This document shows positions 24,550 through 32,000 of a DNA stretch of 32,000 nucleotides, one piece after another. Below the pieces are notes generated by a model. The model had not been told where the DNA came from, did no database searches, and was given only the letters and a program-made list of their open reading frames with translations. Position 1 is the first letter of the stretch. Every line of letters begins with the position of its first letter. Location: positions 210,001-242,000 of the forward strand of contig NC_009928.1 in NCBI RefSeq assembly GCF_000018105.1. The letters run 5' to 3'. Source of the DNA: Acaryochloris marina MBIC11017 (lineage in GTDB: Bacteria; Cyanobacteriota; Cyanobacteriia; Thermosynechococcales; Thermosynechococcaceae). A program made the position numbers and the translations under genes.

Positions 24550-24681
24550 TGAAAAAGCTTTTATAACCTCAGAGGAGTTTATTCCCGACATCCGCCTATG
24601 ACCCATTGATATTGCCCTGATTCCCAAATAAATCCTCCAACCCCTGCTATACAATGCTCATAAGCACTTTGAGGCAAGACC

Positions 24682-24957
24682 ATGAACAAAGGCGAGTTAG
24701 TAGACGAGATTGCTGATAACGCTGGGGTCACAAAGAAGCAGGCCGACACTATCCTCACAGCACTAACAGAAACCATCATGGAGACCGTTAGCTCTGGCGA
24801 TAAGGACTCTCTAGTGGGCTTTGGCAGCTTTGAGGCTAGGGACCGCAAAGCTAGAGATGGACGCAATCCAAGGACGGGAAAGAAGCTTAAAATCCCGGCG
24901 ACCAAAGCACCCGTTTTCAGTGCGGGCAAGGTCTTCAAGGAAAAGGTTAAGGGCTGA
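24682..24957 (+). CDS. hup: HU family DNA-binding protein
   Basis: Track ORF. MNKGELVDEIA.....FGSFEARDRKARDGRNPRTGKKLKIPATKAPVFSAGK is a canonical HU/IHF fold sequence. Confidence 0.9.
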   Translation: MNKGELVDEIADNAGVTKKQADTILTALTETIMETVSSGDKDSLVGFGSFEARDRKARDGRNPRTGKKLKIPATKAPVFSAGKVFKEKVKG

Positions 24958-25137
24958 TAGACTAAGAATATCGCTAAAGACTTAACCTCATTCCAACACC
25001 CAAGCTGGCGGATGCTCTGGTGATTCTGCCAGCTTCCTTATGCTGACATCTTTTTCCTGAGCATCAACGAGATAATCACTCAATTGCTAGCATTGGGGGG
25101 GACGACCTCGTAACGGTGATGTTTGTGAGGATCGATA

Positions 25138-25944
25138 ATGATTACTACTCCTGATAGTACTCAGAGCTACCTTCAGGAGATAGGACGCTATCCACTCCTA
25201 TCTCCTGAAGAAGAAATTAACCTCGCTCGGCAAGTAAAAGCGGGCAATCTACGGGCCAAACAACGGATGATCGAGTGTAACCTACGCCTGGTCGTCTCCA
25301 TTGCGAAGAAACACCAGAATCGGGGTCTACCTTTATTAGACTTAATTCAGGAAGGAAACATCGGGCTTAGTCGAGCCGTAGAGAAATTTGACCTAAATCA
25401 AGGCTGTCGGTTCAGCACCTATGCTTACTGGTGGATTTGGCAAGGAATCACACGAGCATTGCACAATAAGACCAAAATGATTCGACTGCCGATTCACCTC
25501 AATCAGCTCCACAGCAAAATTAAACGTACCTACTTCCAGCTCAACCAAGAATATGGGCGTCAACCATCCCTTGATGAAGTCGCTTATGCAATGGATATTG
25601 ACCCAACTCACATACAGGAACAGCTCCAACTCTCTCAAGAGGTTATCTCTTTAGATAAATTCGTGAGTGAAAACCAGGGAGACACATTAGGCGAACTCGT
25701 TGCCAAGGATCATTCTTCCCAAAAATACTTTGAGAATCTGATGAATAAAGATGAATTGTCCAAACTCATGGGGCACCTGAGTGAGCGACAACAATTCATC
25801 ATTGGTCAACGATTTGGCCTTGAAGATGGTCAACCTAAAACGCTGGTAGAGATTGCTAAGTTACTCGACATGAGTCGGGAGGGTATTCGCAGAATCGAGA
25901 AAAAGGCTTTCCAGCAATTAAAAAAGTATGCCCAATTTGCTTAG
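25138..25944 (+). CDS. sigma-70 family RNA polymerase sigma factor (group 2/3 type)
   Basis: Track ORF. Region 2 is ..[55 protein letters not shown]... Region 4 is ..[28 protein letters not shown]. Confidence 0.9.
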   Translation: MITTPDSTQSYLQEIGRYPLLSPEEEINLARQVKAGNLRAKQRMIECNLRLVVSIAKKHQNRGLPLLDLIQEGNIGLSRAVEKFDLNQGCRFSTYAYWWIWQGITRALHNKTKMIRLPIHLNQLHSKIKRTYFQLNQEYGRQPSLDEVAYAMDIDPTHIQEQLQLSQEVISLDKFVSENQGDTLGELVAKDHSSQKYFENLMNKDELSKLMGHLSERQQFIIGQRFGLEDGQPKTLVEIAKLLDMSREGIRRIEKKAFQQLKKYAQFA

Positions 25945-26124
25945 GTAACCCCTAGACATCCAAGTACCCTGTGGTGATTCACAGGACATTCATCGGATCT
26001 TCAATCTTATCTGGGAACAAGAGCAGCTATCTAGAGGGGGAGCTTGCACCAAAGCCTCACAAGTTGTGCAGCCAAATCCCCCACCCCATAGATGATCTTA
26101 GGGATGGACAGCACACAACTACAA

Positions 26125-26832
26125 TCACAAAGAGTCAGTCAAGAGTCTTGGATCTAAAGCAACATCAGAACCGCCATCTGAAACCATCGATCCATCAAAA
26201 CCTTGCTGAGTTCCACTTCTTTGGCTGCTCTCATCCTTCCACTTCTGCGGTATATCTCTAGCATTGTCCCAACTACCAATTGATGACCAATTCGTTTCAA
26301 GATCAAAACGGATGTTGAGAAGGTCTGCTCCCTCAAAATTAGCTCCTTCAAGATCCGCACCAGAAAGATCCGCTTCATAGAGATTAGCTTCACATAGGTA
26401 GACTTCACAAAGGCTCGCCTGACTGAGGTCTGTCTCACTGAGATTGGCTTTGTAAAGATAGGCTCTACAAAGGTTGGCACCACGGAGATCGGCTTTATAG
26501 AGGTTGACGTTATAGAGATTGGCTTTCCAGAGACTAGCCGTACACAAGTCAGCCTCAATGAGGTTGGCGTCTTTAAGGTTCGCTTTACTTAAAATGGCAC
26601 CACGAAGATTGGCTTTCCAGAGGCTGACTTCACAAAGGCTGGCCTGACTGAGATTAGCACCCGTGAGATTAGCCCCGATCATGATCGCTTTATCAAAGTT
26701 AGCCCCATGTAGATCCATCCCAGTCAGGCTGGCCTTGCTGAGGTTAATCGATACCTTGAGATTTTCCTTTCTCCACTCATTCCAAACTTCAACACCCTGA
26801 CTCAGCAAGGCTATCTGTTCCTGATTAGCCAT
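26125..26832 (-). CDS. pentapeptide repeat protein
   Basis: Track ORF. Long run of A(D/N)LxG/A(N/D)Lxx repeats (..ANLTGANLSQASLCEVSLWKANLRGAIL..). Confidence 0.9.
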   Translation of the reverse strand: MANQEQIALLSQGVEVWNEWRKENLKVSINLSKASLTGMDLHGANFDKAIMIGANLTGANLSQASLCEVSLWKANLRGAILSKANLKDANLIEADLCTASLWKANLYNVNLYKADLRGANLCRAYLYKANLSETDLSQASLCEVYLCEANLYEADLSGADLEGANFEGADLLNIRFDLETNWSSIGSWDNARDIPQKWKDESSQRSGTQQGFDGSMVSDGGSDVALDPRLLTDSL

Positions 26833-27064
26833 CGTTAGTTCTCAAGAATGCTCTGAAGTCAATTTTCTTATCCCATGCATGATAGCAATGCTTTCGGGAA
26901 ATTCTGGAAAACAAACATGAGCTTGAAATCCCCATATTCCCAGTAACCCAGAAACACCAGAGAACAGGCATTGGAATGACTTGAGGCAACTCATCTAAGC
27001 TGCTGGGGGAATTCGTTAGACTAGATAGCAAGGCTTGCAAACTGCAATCCTCACACCACACTAA

Positions 27065-27162
27065 ACTGACAGATGCCCATAACACTGTCAGTTTTTCATA
27101 GCCGACACCATTACAAGGCCCAAAACAGAAAGAACCCCTACAGCGCAGTATCTCTAGGGGGG
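27065..27162 (+). repeat. terminator-hairpin plus conserved ~70-nt tail module, copy 1
   Basis: actgacag-atgcccataaca-ctgtcagt-ttttc, then atagccgacacc..gcccaaaacagaaagaacccctacagcgcagtatctctagggg. Aligns with 28217-28314. Confidence 0.65.
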
Positions 27163-27298
27163 TATACCGTTAAGAAGTTTCATATCGTAGATAAGGGGAA
27201 CTCTGAGGAAACCCCTATCAGAATGTATCAAGCAAATCTGAGGATAGTGATTATCACTCCCTCAAATGGAAAAACAAATCTCAAAGGGTCACTCTAAA

Positions 27299-27393
27299 GC
27301 TATTTACGGGTTCACCTTAACGGTAACCTGTATAACGATTGCCTGTACTGCGTTCCAGGGATTTAGTAGGCCGGAAGGGAACCCGTAAATAGC
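27299..27393. other. 95-nt long imperfect hairpin (15-bp perfect basal stem); candidate structured RNA or miniature element
   Basis: gctatttacgggttc (27299-27313) pairs with gaacccgtaaatagc (27379-27393). Further pairings are ccttaacgg/ccggaagg and cctg/cagg. It is flanked by the 9-nt direct repeat tatcactcc at 27252-27260 and 27399-27407. Confidence 0.4.
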
Positions 27394-28216
27394 AAGAGTA
27401 TCACTCCTCCGACATACCCCCTAAGCGAGTTAACCAATGTGTAGTTTCAGGGCGTTTTTGTCAACTTAAGATGCCCAAATGCCGACCATGAGAGGACTCA
27501 GAGACACTGGAACCTCATCACCAGCAGCAAGAAACCCCTCAAAGCTCTCCAGGAGATTCAAGGGGCGACCCTGTATTCATGGACATCAACAAGGTCTTAA
27601 GGAATGCTTCCCAGACTCTACCAATCAAATTTGGGGATAGTTGGGGGCTCTAAAATCTCATCCTATTAATAAAATCCCTCTAAAGACACGCGCCTTAGAG
27701 GGATTCAACCGTGTTTCCATTTCTATTCAGATGCTATCAGTAGAATATGTGCATAGTTTGAAGCTAATAGCAGGTTTCATCGCTACCCACCGAAGCTTTC
27801 TACAACGGCACTCCCATCGCCCCACCCTCAAATCATCTGACGACAGAACAGAAGCTGGAACTGCTGGACTGGCATCCGATCTTCGCGGGACGATGCCCCA
27901 ACTGTGAGAGGCCGATCCGGGAGACTACGCCACCGAGGAGTCACTGGGAGTGTGCGGAGTGTGGATGGAGGGATGAGTCAGAGCGCAATCACACTGAGAA
28001 CTCGCCGTAATCAATCACCGGGATTCCAACATGAGGTTTTGCGTTTTCAAATCGCAAAACTCCAAATCCTTTCAAAGTTCTCATACAAATGCTGCCATTC
28101 TTCATCTGTTACTACTTCAGCTTCAGTCCATAGTGTAAGCAATACTCCAGAGAAAATTAAAGCTGATACAGTGAATGCAGTGTTCGCGACACGTTCACTC
28201 TATTTACTACGCTAGG

Positions 28217-28314
28217 CTGGCAGGCACCCATAACCCTGCCAGTTTTTTTATAGCTGATACCCGTCTCAATGCCCAAAACAGAAAGAACCCCCTACAGCAC
28301 AGCATCTCCATGGG
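28217..28314 (+). repeat. terminator-hairpin plus conserved tail module, copy 2
   Basis: ctggcagg-cacccataac-cctgccag-ttttttt, then atagctgatacc..gcccaaaacagaaagaaccccctacagcacagcatctccatggg. The stem sequence differs from copy 1 but pairing is preserved. Confidence 0.65.
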
Positions 28315-28329
28315 TCTCTATTACATTCA

Positions 28330-28484
28330 GGTTTTTTTGCACAACCCCTCGGAAAGGTATATTCCAGGCTTTTGAAGTGTAGGTATAACCGAGTAAACTA
28401 TGGCTATGAGTCTTTTATCGTAAGAGTTTTAGCCATTTTGGGAAATTAGTGTGAGCGCTGAAAGATCACCTCAAAAAGTATACC
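28330..28484 (+). repeat. ~155-bp imperfect inverted repeat, left arm, flanking the DinB gene
   Basis: ggtttttttgcacaacccctcggaaaggtatattccaggcttttgaagtg..gagtcttttatcgtaagagtttt..attagtgtgagcg.. aligns with the reverse complement of 29521-29677. Roughly three quarters of positions match by eye. Confidence 0.7.
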
Positions 28485-28647
28485 TTTTTAAACCTTGCAA
28501 AAAGTGTGTCTTAAATTATGTCTCAGAAGTGCTTTCTCGAAAATCCTAAGAGATTGTAAGACATGTCTTTAACGTTTCTGGTCAATGGTTGCAAATAACC
28601 TCCGCAAACATACCACCCCCTTCTACCAATACGCTGCACCAGGGTTG

Positions 28648-29157
28648 TTAAGCGGCAACAAACTGAGGCATGAATGGAATGTCTGTGCTCCCAATATCTA
28701 ACCCCATTTGTGAGAGCAAAGTAGTCACTTGCCCCCTGTGGTGTGTTTGATGATTGAACATATGCATCACCAAAGCCCAGCGGGGAACTGTGCGAATTTT
28801 GCCGTCAACCTTACTTTGATATGTTTGCTCTTCGTCCAACCAAATGGGATCTAGCGCTGAAACCCAATCTATGATCCGAATATCCAACGCTTCTCTCTCT
28901 ACCCTAAGATCCGTAAATGAAGAAGCTAACTCTTGACCTAGCTCAGGAACCTGCACTGGATTGCCTGTGAATCGAGATAAAAATGCTAAATCCCCGTACA
29001 TAATGTGGTTAATCGTCATGTAAATAGAATCAAAAAAGGCTTTTCGATCTAGCCGAAGCTCCTCTTCGGACAATCTCGAACACACATCAAAGAGCTTGAT
29101 ATTCATCCACTGATTATATTTAGCCAATAGCTGAAAGCATTTGTGTTCAGACATCAC
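28648..29157 (-). CDS. DinB family protein (DinB/YfiT-like metal-dependent four-helix bundle)
   Basis: Track ORF. ..LAKYNQWMNIKLFDVC..INHIMYGDLAFL..MHMFNHQTHHRGQVTTLL.. shows the DinB His triad pattern. Confidence 0.85.
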   Translation of the reverse strand: MMSEHKCFQLLAKYNQWMNIKLFDVCSRLSEEELRLDRKAFFDSIYMTINHIMYGDLAFLSRFTGNPVQVPELGQELASSFTDLRVEREALDIRIIDWVSALDPIWLDEEQTYQSKVDGKIRTVPRWALVMHMFNHQTHHRGQVTTLLSQMGLDIGSTDIPFMPQFVAA

Positions 29158-29520
29158 TACTCCAGATCAGAAAATTGACAACCTTTATGAATCCTATTAG
29201 TAACCATCCGACCTGTCACTTAGTAACCATCCGACCTGTCACCCACATTGATCGAGCTTTGCAATATTCAGTATGTTTTCTGGCTTCGATTTAGAATCCA
29301 GCATTCACTGGCCCAAAACAAGGGCGGCAATTGTTTGTGGCTTTTCTTGCCACCTAACGCTTCGTCAACAGGACTTCCGATGAAATACCAAAAGCTACTA
29401 CCTTCGAATGATGCTGCACCTGCCATTCTGAGCAGCTGATAGAGTGCTGAGGATGGCCTCAGTAGGTATATGAAACGATGCTCTGTTTTCTTTTCTCATG
29501 TCCTACCTGTGTCTCCTCAT

Positions 29521-29677
29521 CTCTACTTTTCAAGACGGTGCGTTGGGCACTCACACTAATTCTTAGAGAATAACTCAAACTCTTACTAGAAAAGACTCTT
29601 GGTCATAATTGACTTGGTCATAACTCCACTTCAAAAGCCTGGAATATACCTTTGCGAGGGGATGTGCGAAAAATTCC
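29521..29677 (-). repeat. ~155-bp imperfect inverted repeat, right arm
   Basis: See 28330-28484. Confidence 0.7.
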
Positions 29678-29684
29678 AGCCTCG

Positions 29685-29836
29685 ATACCACCATGACCGC
29701 AACAACCACAGCCCATCCCTGGACTTGTCGTAGGAACATCTGGGGTCTGCCTCTGGCACTTCAGCAGGCCCGCAGTTTTCCTGGTGGGGGTTCGGGTGGT
29801 GGGGGTATGAGAGAGTTTGGGTGTGGTGGTATTGGC
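29685..29836 (+). repeat. G-arm/CA-arm repeat family, copy 3
   Basis: The terminal 9-nt arms ataccacca (29685-29693) and tggtggtat (29824-29832) are perfectly complementary. The core is ggacttgtcgtagg..ctctggcacttcagcaggcc..ctggtgggggttcgggtggtgggggtatgagagag. Confidence 0.7.
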
Positions 29837-29955
29837 GTTGCACCCCGTATCACCCCGTATTACTTGTATTTCCGTAAAGTTTCGGATACAGAATACAAAA
29901 GTGCTTATTTACTATGGAGAAATAAATAGATAAATATATATAGCAGTTAGCAATT

Positions 29956-30072
29956 ATGTCACCGTTAGAAACAGAAAATCTTCCTATAGATGAAAATGAT
30001 AGCTCGCTAGAGATTGACGAGATAGATGTTGCAGTCCTTGATGATCTACTGAAAGATCTACAACAAGATTGA
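29956..30072 (+). CDS. small acidic protein (38 aa)
   Basis: Own translation: MSPLETENLPIDENDSSLEIDEIDVAVLDDLLKDLQQD. Lies 35 nt upstream of the next ORF. Confidence 0.3.
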   Translation: MSPLETENLPIDENDSSLEIDEIDVAVLDDLLKDLQQD

Positions 30073-30107
30073 GGCTTGCAAATATTAATAGAAAAGATTA
30101 ACCCTAT

Positions 30108-30599
30108 ATGGATCCAATTAACCTAGCCCTCTGGAAAAACTTAGAAACTCGTCTCAATACTCCTTTCAGGAAGAATATGGTCGATCTTGTTTTGGAGATG
30201 GCTCGTGACCGTACCACCGATCCGCATAAGATAGCGACTTGGATGGTGACTACTTCTACCTACATCTGTTATGCCATTTTCGGGACGAATAATCCCATGC
30301 CCTTGCTCTCACTCTATATCCGAGCACTAGATACTCAGTATCCAGCCACCATGCAGAAAATATATGAAATATTATCCTATGAAGGTCTGGTGATATACGC
30401 TCCCTCGTCTCTTAAACGTGACGACTTTACGAGTATTCTCTGGGCAGCTGGTTCGACCTTTGCTAACGGCGAATTGAAACTGATAGAAGACAAGATCCAT
30501 ATCAACCCAAAGGGGTTACAGCGATTGAGATCGATTTGGCAAGCACCCACTAGGAAATGCAATAACCTTTCGGGCAACGCTGAGTATACAAGCCAATAG
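30108..30599 (+). CDS. hypothetical protein (163 aa)
   Basis: Track ORF only. Confidence 0.45.
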   Translation: MDPINLALWKNLETRLNTPFRKNMVDLVLEMARDRTTDPHKIATWMVTTSTYICYAIFGTNNPMPLLSLYIRALDTQYPATMQKIYEILSYEGLVIYAPSSLKRDDFTSILWAAGSTFANGELKLIEDKIHINPKGLQRLRSIWQAPTRKCNNLSGNAEYTSQ

Positions 30600-30794
30600 T
30601 AAGGGTGGCGCATAGAGGCGAACAGCATAGACCTCTAAGATCAAATTAACCACCTCTCCACAAGCGGACGAGGTATCAAAGATCTTTCACTCCTAAACCG
30701 TCGATTTGGATTGTAAGCGCAGTAATTCGCTGCAAGCAGTGGGGATGTACCCTTTCTAGATTCAACCATCCCCAGACTCAACTGAACGCGAAGT

Positions 30795-31142
30795 TCAATC
30801 GTGCCAACAGCCACTACCTAGCTTGTAAAGAGTATGGGCAAATATACGTTCATCTCGTTCCTCAAGAATGTTCTCGACCTTAGCTCGATATCGCTGCAAC
30901 AGACCATCCAGGTCTCTGGATGGTCTGTTGATCAATGCCGTTGGTGTTGTCTGACTTTCTTTGATGTGTGTTGCTACAAATTCTCCTCGCTGTTCACACG
31001 TAGGATATTTAACCAGCAACTGTTCGACAGTGGGCGGTCCAACATGCACAAAGTCGATGTAAAGGAATCCTGCAATCACGATTACAAGGGGAGCAATAAC
31101 TATCAAGAAGACTCCAATTGCATAATCGCTGAGTTTCTTCAT
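30795..31142 (-). CDS. membrane-anchored hypothetical protein (115 aa)
   Basis: Track ORF. GGAGG Shine-Dalgarno upstream. N-terminal TM segment AIGVFLIVIAPLVIVIAGFLYI. Confidence 0.5.
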   Translation of the reverse strand: MKKLSDYAIGVFLIVIAPLVIVIAGFLYIDFVHVGPPTVEQLLVKYPTCEQRGEFVATHIKESQTTPTALINRPSRDLDGLLQRYRAKVENILEERDERIFAHTLYKLGSGCWHD

Positions 31143-31322
31143 GTTCGTGCCTCCTCAATTACTGGATATTGGCAGCCTGATGATTGGCATTGCTTGATTA
31201 TTGAGTCTCTCTTGGTTTCTGAATATCAACCCATTCAGCTTCATCAAGATTGCTGATGACATCACTGACCATTACCGAGAGAACTCTTGGCCCAATTTCA
31301 CTGTATCCAAGACGGCATCCCT

Positions 31323-31351
31323 TTGCTTATCCTCTGTCCTCACGGTAAATT
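31323..31351 (+). promoter_or_regulatory. candidate sigma-70 promoter conserved upstream of both DUF4259 paralogs (copy 2)
   Basis: TTGCTT-17 nt-TAAATT. In this copy gcttatcc (31325) can also pair with ggataagc just before the ATG. Confidence 0.4.
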
Positions 31352-31379
31352 GTCCCTGGAACTCACCAGGGGATAAGCG

Positions 31380-31778
31380 ATGAGCATATGGGGACCAGGC
31401 AGCTTCGAGAATGATGACGCACTAGACTGGGTGGCTGAACTGGCCGATTCTGATGACGACAATCCGATCATTGATGCTCTAAACACCGTCATCGACCAAG
31501 CAGACGAGTCCCCAGAAGCCCCTGATTGTGCGGTTGCCATTGCAGCGTTGGAGGTTGTGGCTGCATGGATGGGAGAACCCTCAGACGATTGCCCAGAGGA
31601 GGTGGAGGCATGGGTTGAAGGACGGCCAGCCCCACCCGCAACAATGATTTCTCAAGCGAGATATGTTGCCGAAGCCATTTCAGAAAAGTCTGACCTCAAA
31701 GAGTTGTGGAAGAATTCAGATGATTTTGAACTATGGCAAACTTCCGTGAATGATTTACTAGGCAGGTTGCTTTACTAA
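31380..31778 (+). CDS. DUF4259 domain protein (paralog)
   Basis: Track ORF. MSIWGPGSFENDDALDWVAEL... Same length as and collinear with 21749..22147. Confidence 0.7.
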   Translation: MSIWGPGSFENDDALDWVAELADSDDDNPIIDALNTVIDQADESPEAPDCAVAIAALEVVAAWMGEPSDDCPEEVEAWVEGRPAPPATMISQARYVAEAISEKSDLKELWKNSDDFELWQTSVNDLLGRLLY

Positions 31779-32000
31779 AGAGGACAAAATTAACGACCCA
31801 AGCTGTTTGATGTAACGCAGGATCTGATAATTTGTCATCAATCCTCTGATTAAATCATCACCATGACAAAGCAAGCTGAGTCCCCTCAATGGCAACCGAT
31901 CAGGGTAATGCACGAATGTATTCCGATGGTCGATGGCATGTTGGAGGAGGTGCAAAGCCAGCACAGCAATATGCTGGAAGCCCAGAAGAAACCTCATACG
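31758..32000 (-). CDS. hypothetical protein, possibly 5'-partial (frame open to the window end)
   Basis: Track ORF 31758..31997. The codon upstream of the ATG is still open at the window edge. Confidence 0.3.
   Translation of the reverse strand, partial: RMRFLLGFQHIAVLALHLLQHAIDHRNTFVHYPDRLPLRGLSLLCHGDDLIRGLMTNYQILRYIKQLGSLILSSLVKQPA

Noticed and set aside
27361-27385. An SRP (4.5S) RNA-like motif, GGCCGGAAGGGAAC
   Set aside because: In SRP RNA the GGAA tetraloop caps the apex of the hairpin. Here the motif sits in the 3' arm of the long hairpin, not at its tip, and the conserved symmetric loop is absent.
27641-28375. Plus-strand ORFs 27641..27907, 27904..28215 and 28175..28375 as genes
   Set aside because: They run through repeat and hairpin sequences and have arbitrary composition. 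A more protein-like frame exists at 27770-28010 (..LTTEQKLELLDWHPIFAGRCPNCERPIRETTPPRSHWECAECGWRDE..), but it has no start codon after the preceding stop. It is therefore treated as a gene remnant.
1-32000. CRISPR arrays, rRNA or tRNA genes
   Set aside because: No regularly spaced direct repeats of 25-40 nt were seen. No rRNA-like conserved blocks or cloverleaf candidates were seen on either strand.

Overview
This looks like a cyanobacterial accessory or plasmid-like region, rich in mobile DNA and decaying genes. The cyanobacterial assignment rests on a cyAbrB-type regulator, a pentapeptide-repeat protein, HU, an extra sigma-70 factor, a DUF3768 plasmid-type protein and one HIP1 octamer.

Intact-looking genes:
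- An OmpR-type response regulator and histidine kinase pair.
- A Cas4-like PD-(D/E)XK nuclease.
- SRPBCC, VOC/glyoxalase and DinB family proteins.
- A SAM-dependent methyltransferase.
- Two DUF4259 paralogs.
- A GT2 glycosyltransferase operon that ends in a partial FolD-like gene.

The most unusual structure lies at 15194-20913. It is a Tn3-family transposon carrying an HTH/zinc-ribbon gene, a tyrosine recombinase with an in-frame TAG, and a transposase truncated at codon ~600. That transposase is cut by a miniature derivative of the same transposon. The miniature element carries a complete group II intron (18905-20873, minus strand) inserted exactly at the inner edge of its 39-bp terminal repeat. 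The empty homing site survives at 15232/15233, and the intron contains matching EBS1 and EBS2 sequences.

Other noteworthy items:
- A phage-type DNA-modification operon (PAPS-reductase-like, MT-A70, DUF5131). Its first gene has been split and partly replaced by the two-component system.
- A 34-bp palindromic mini-element embedded inside two small ORFs.
- A ~120-150 nt repeat family with a G-rich arm and a C/A-rich arm (3 copies, two of them bracketing the VOC gene).
- Imperfect ~155-bp inverted repeats bracketing the DinB gene.
- A duplicated terminator-plus-leader module with compensatory stem changes.
- Three otherwise full-length genes that each carry a single in-frame stop codon.

No rRNA, tRNA or CRISPR array was found. 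All family assignments come from reading motifs by eye; no database search was possible.
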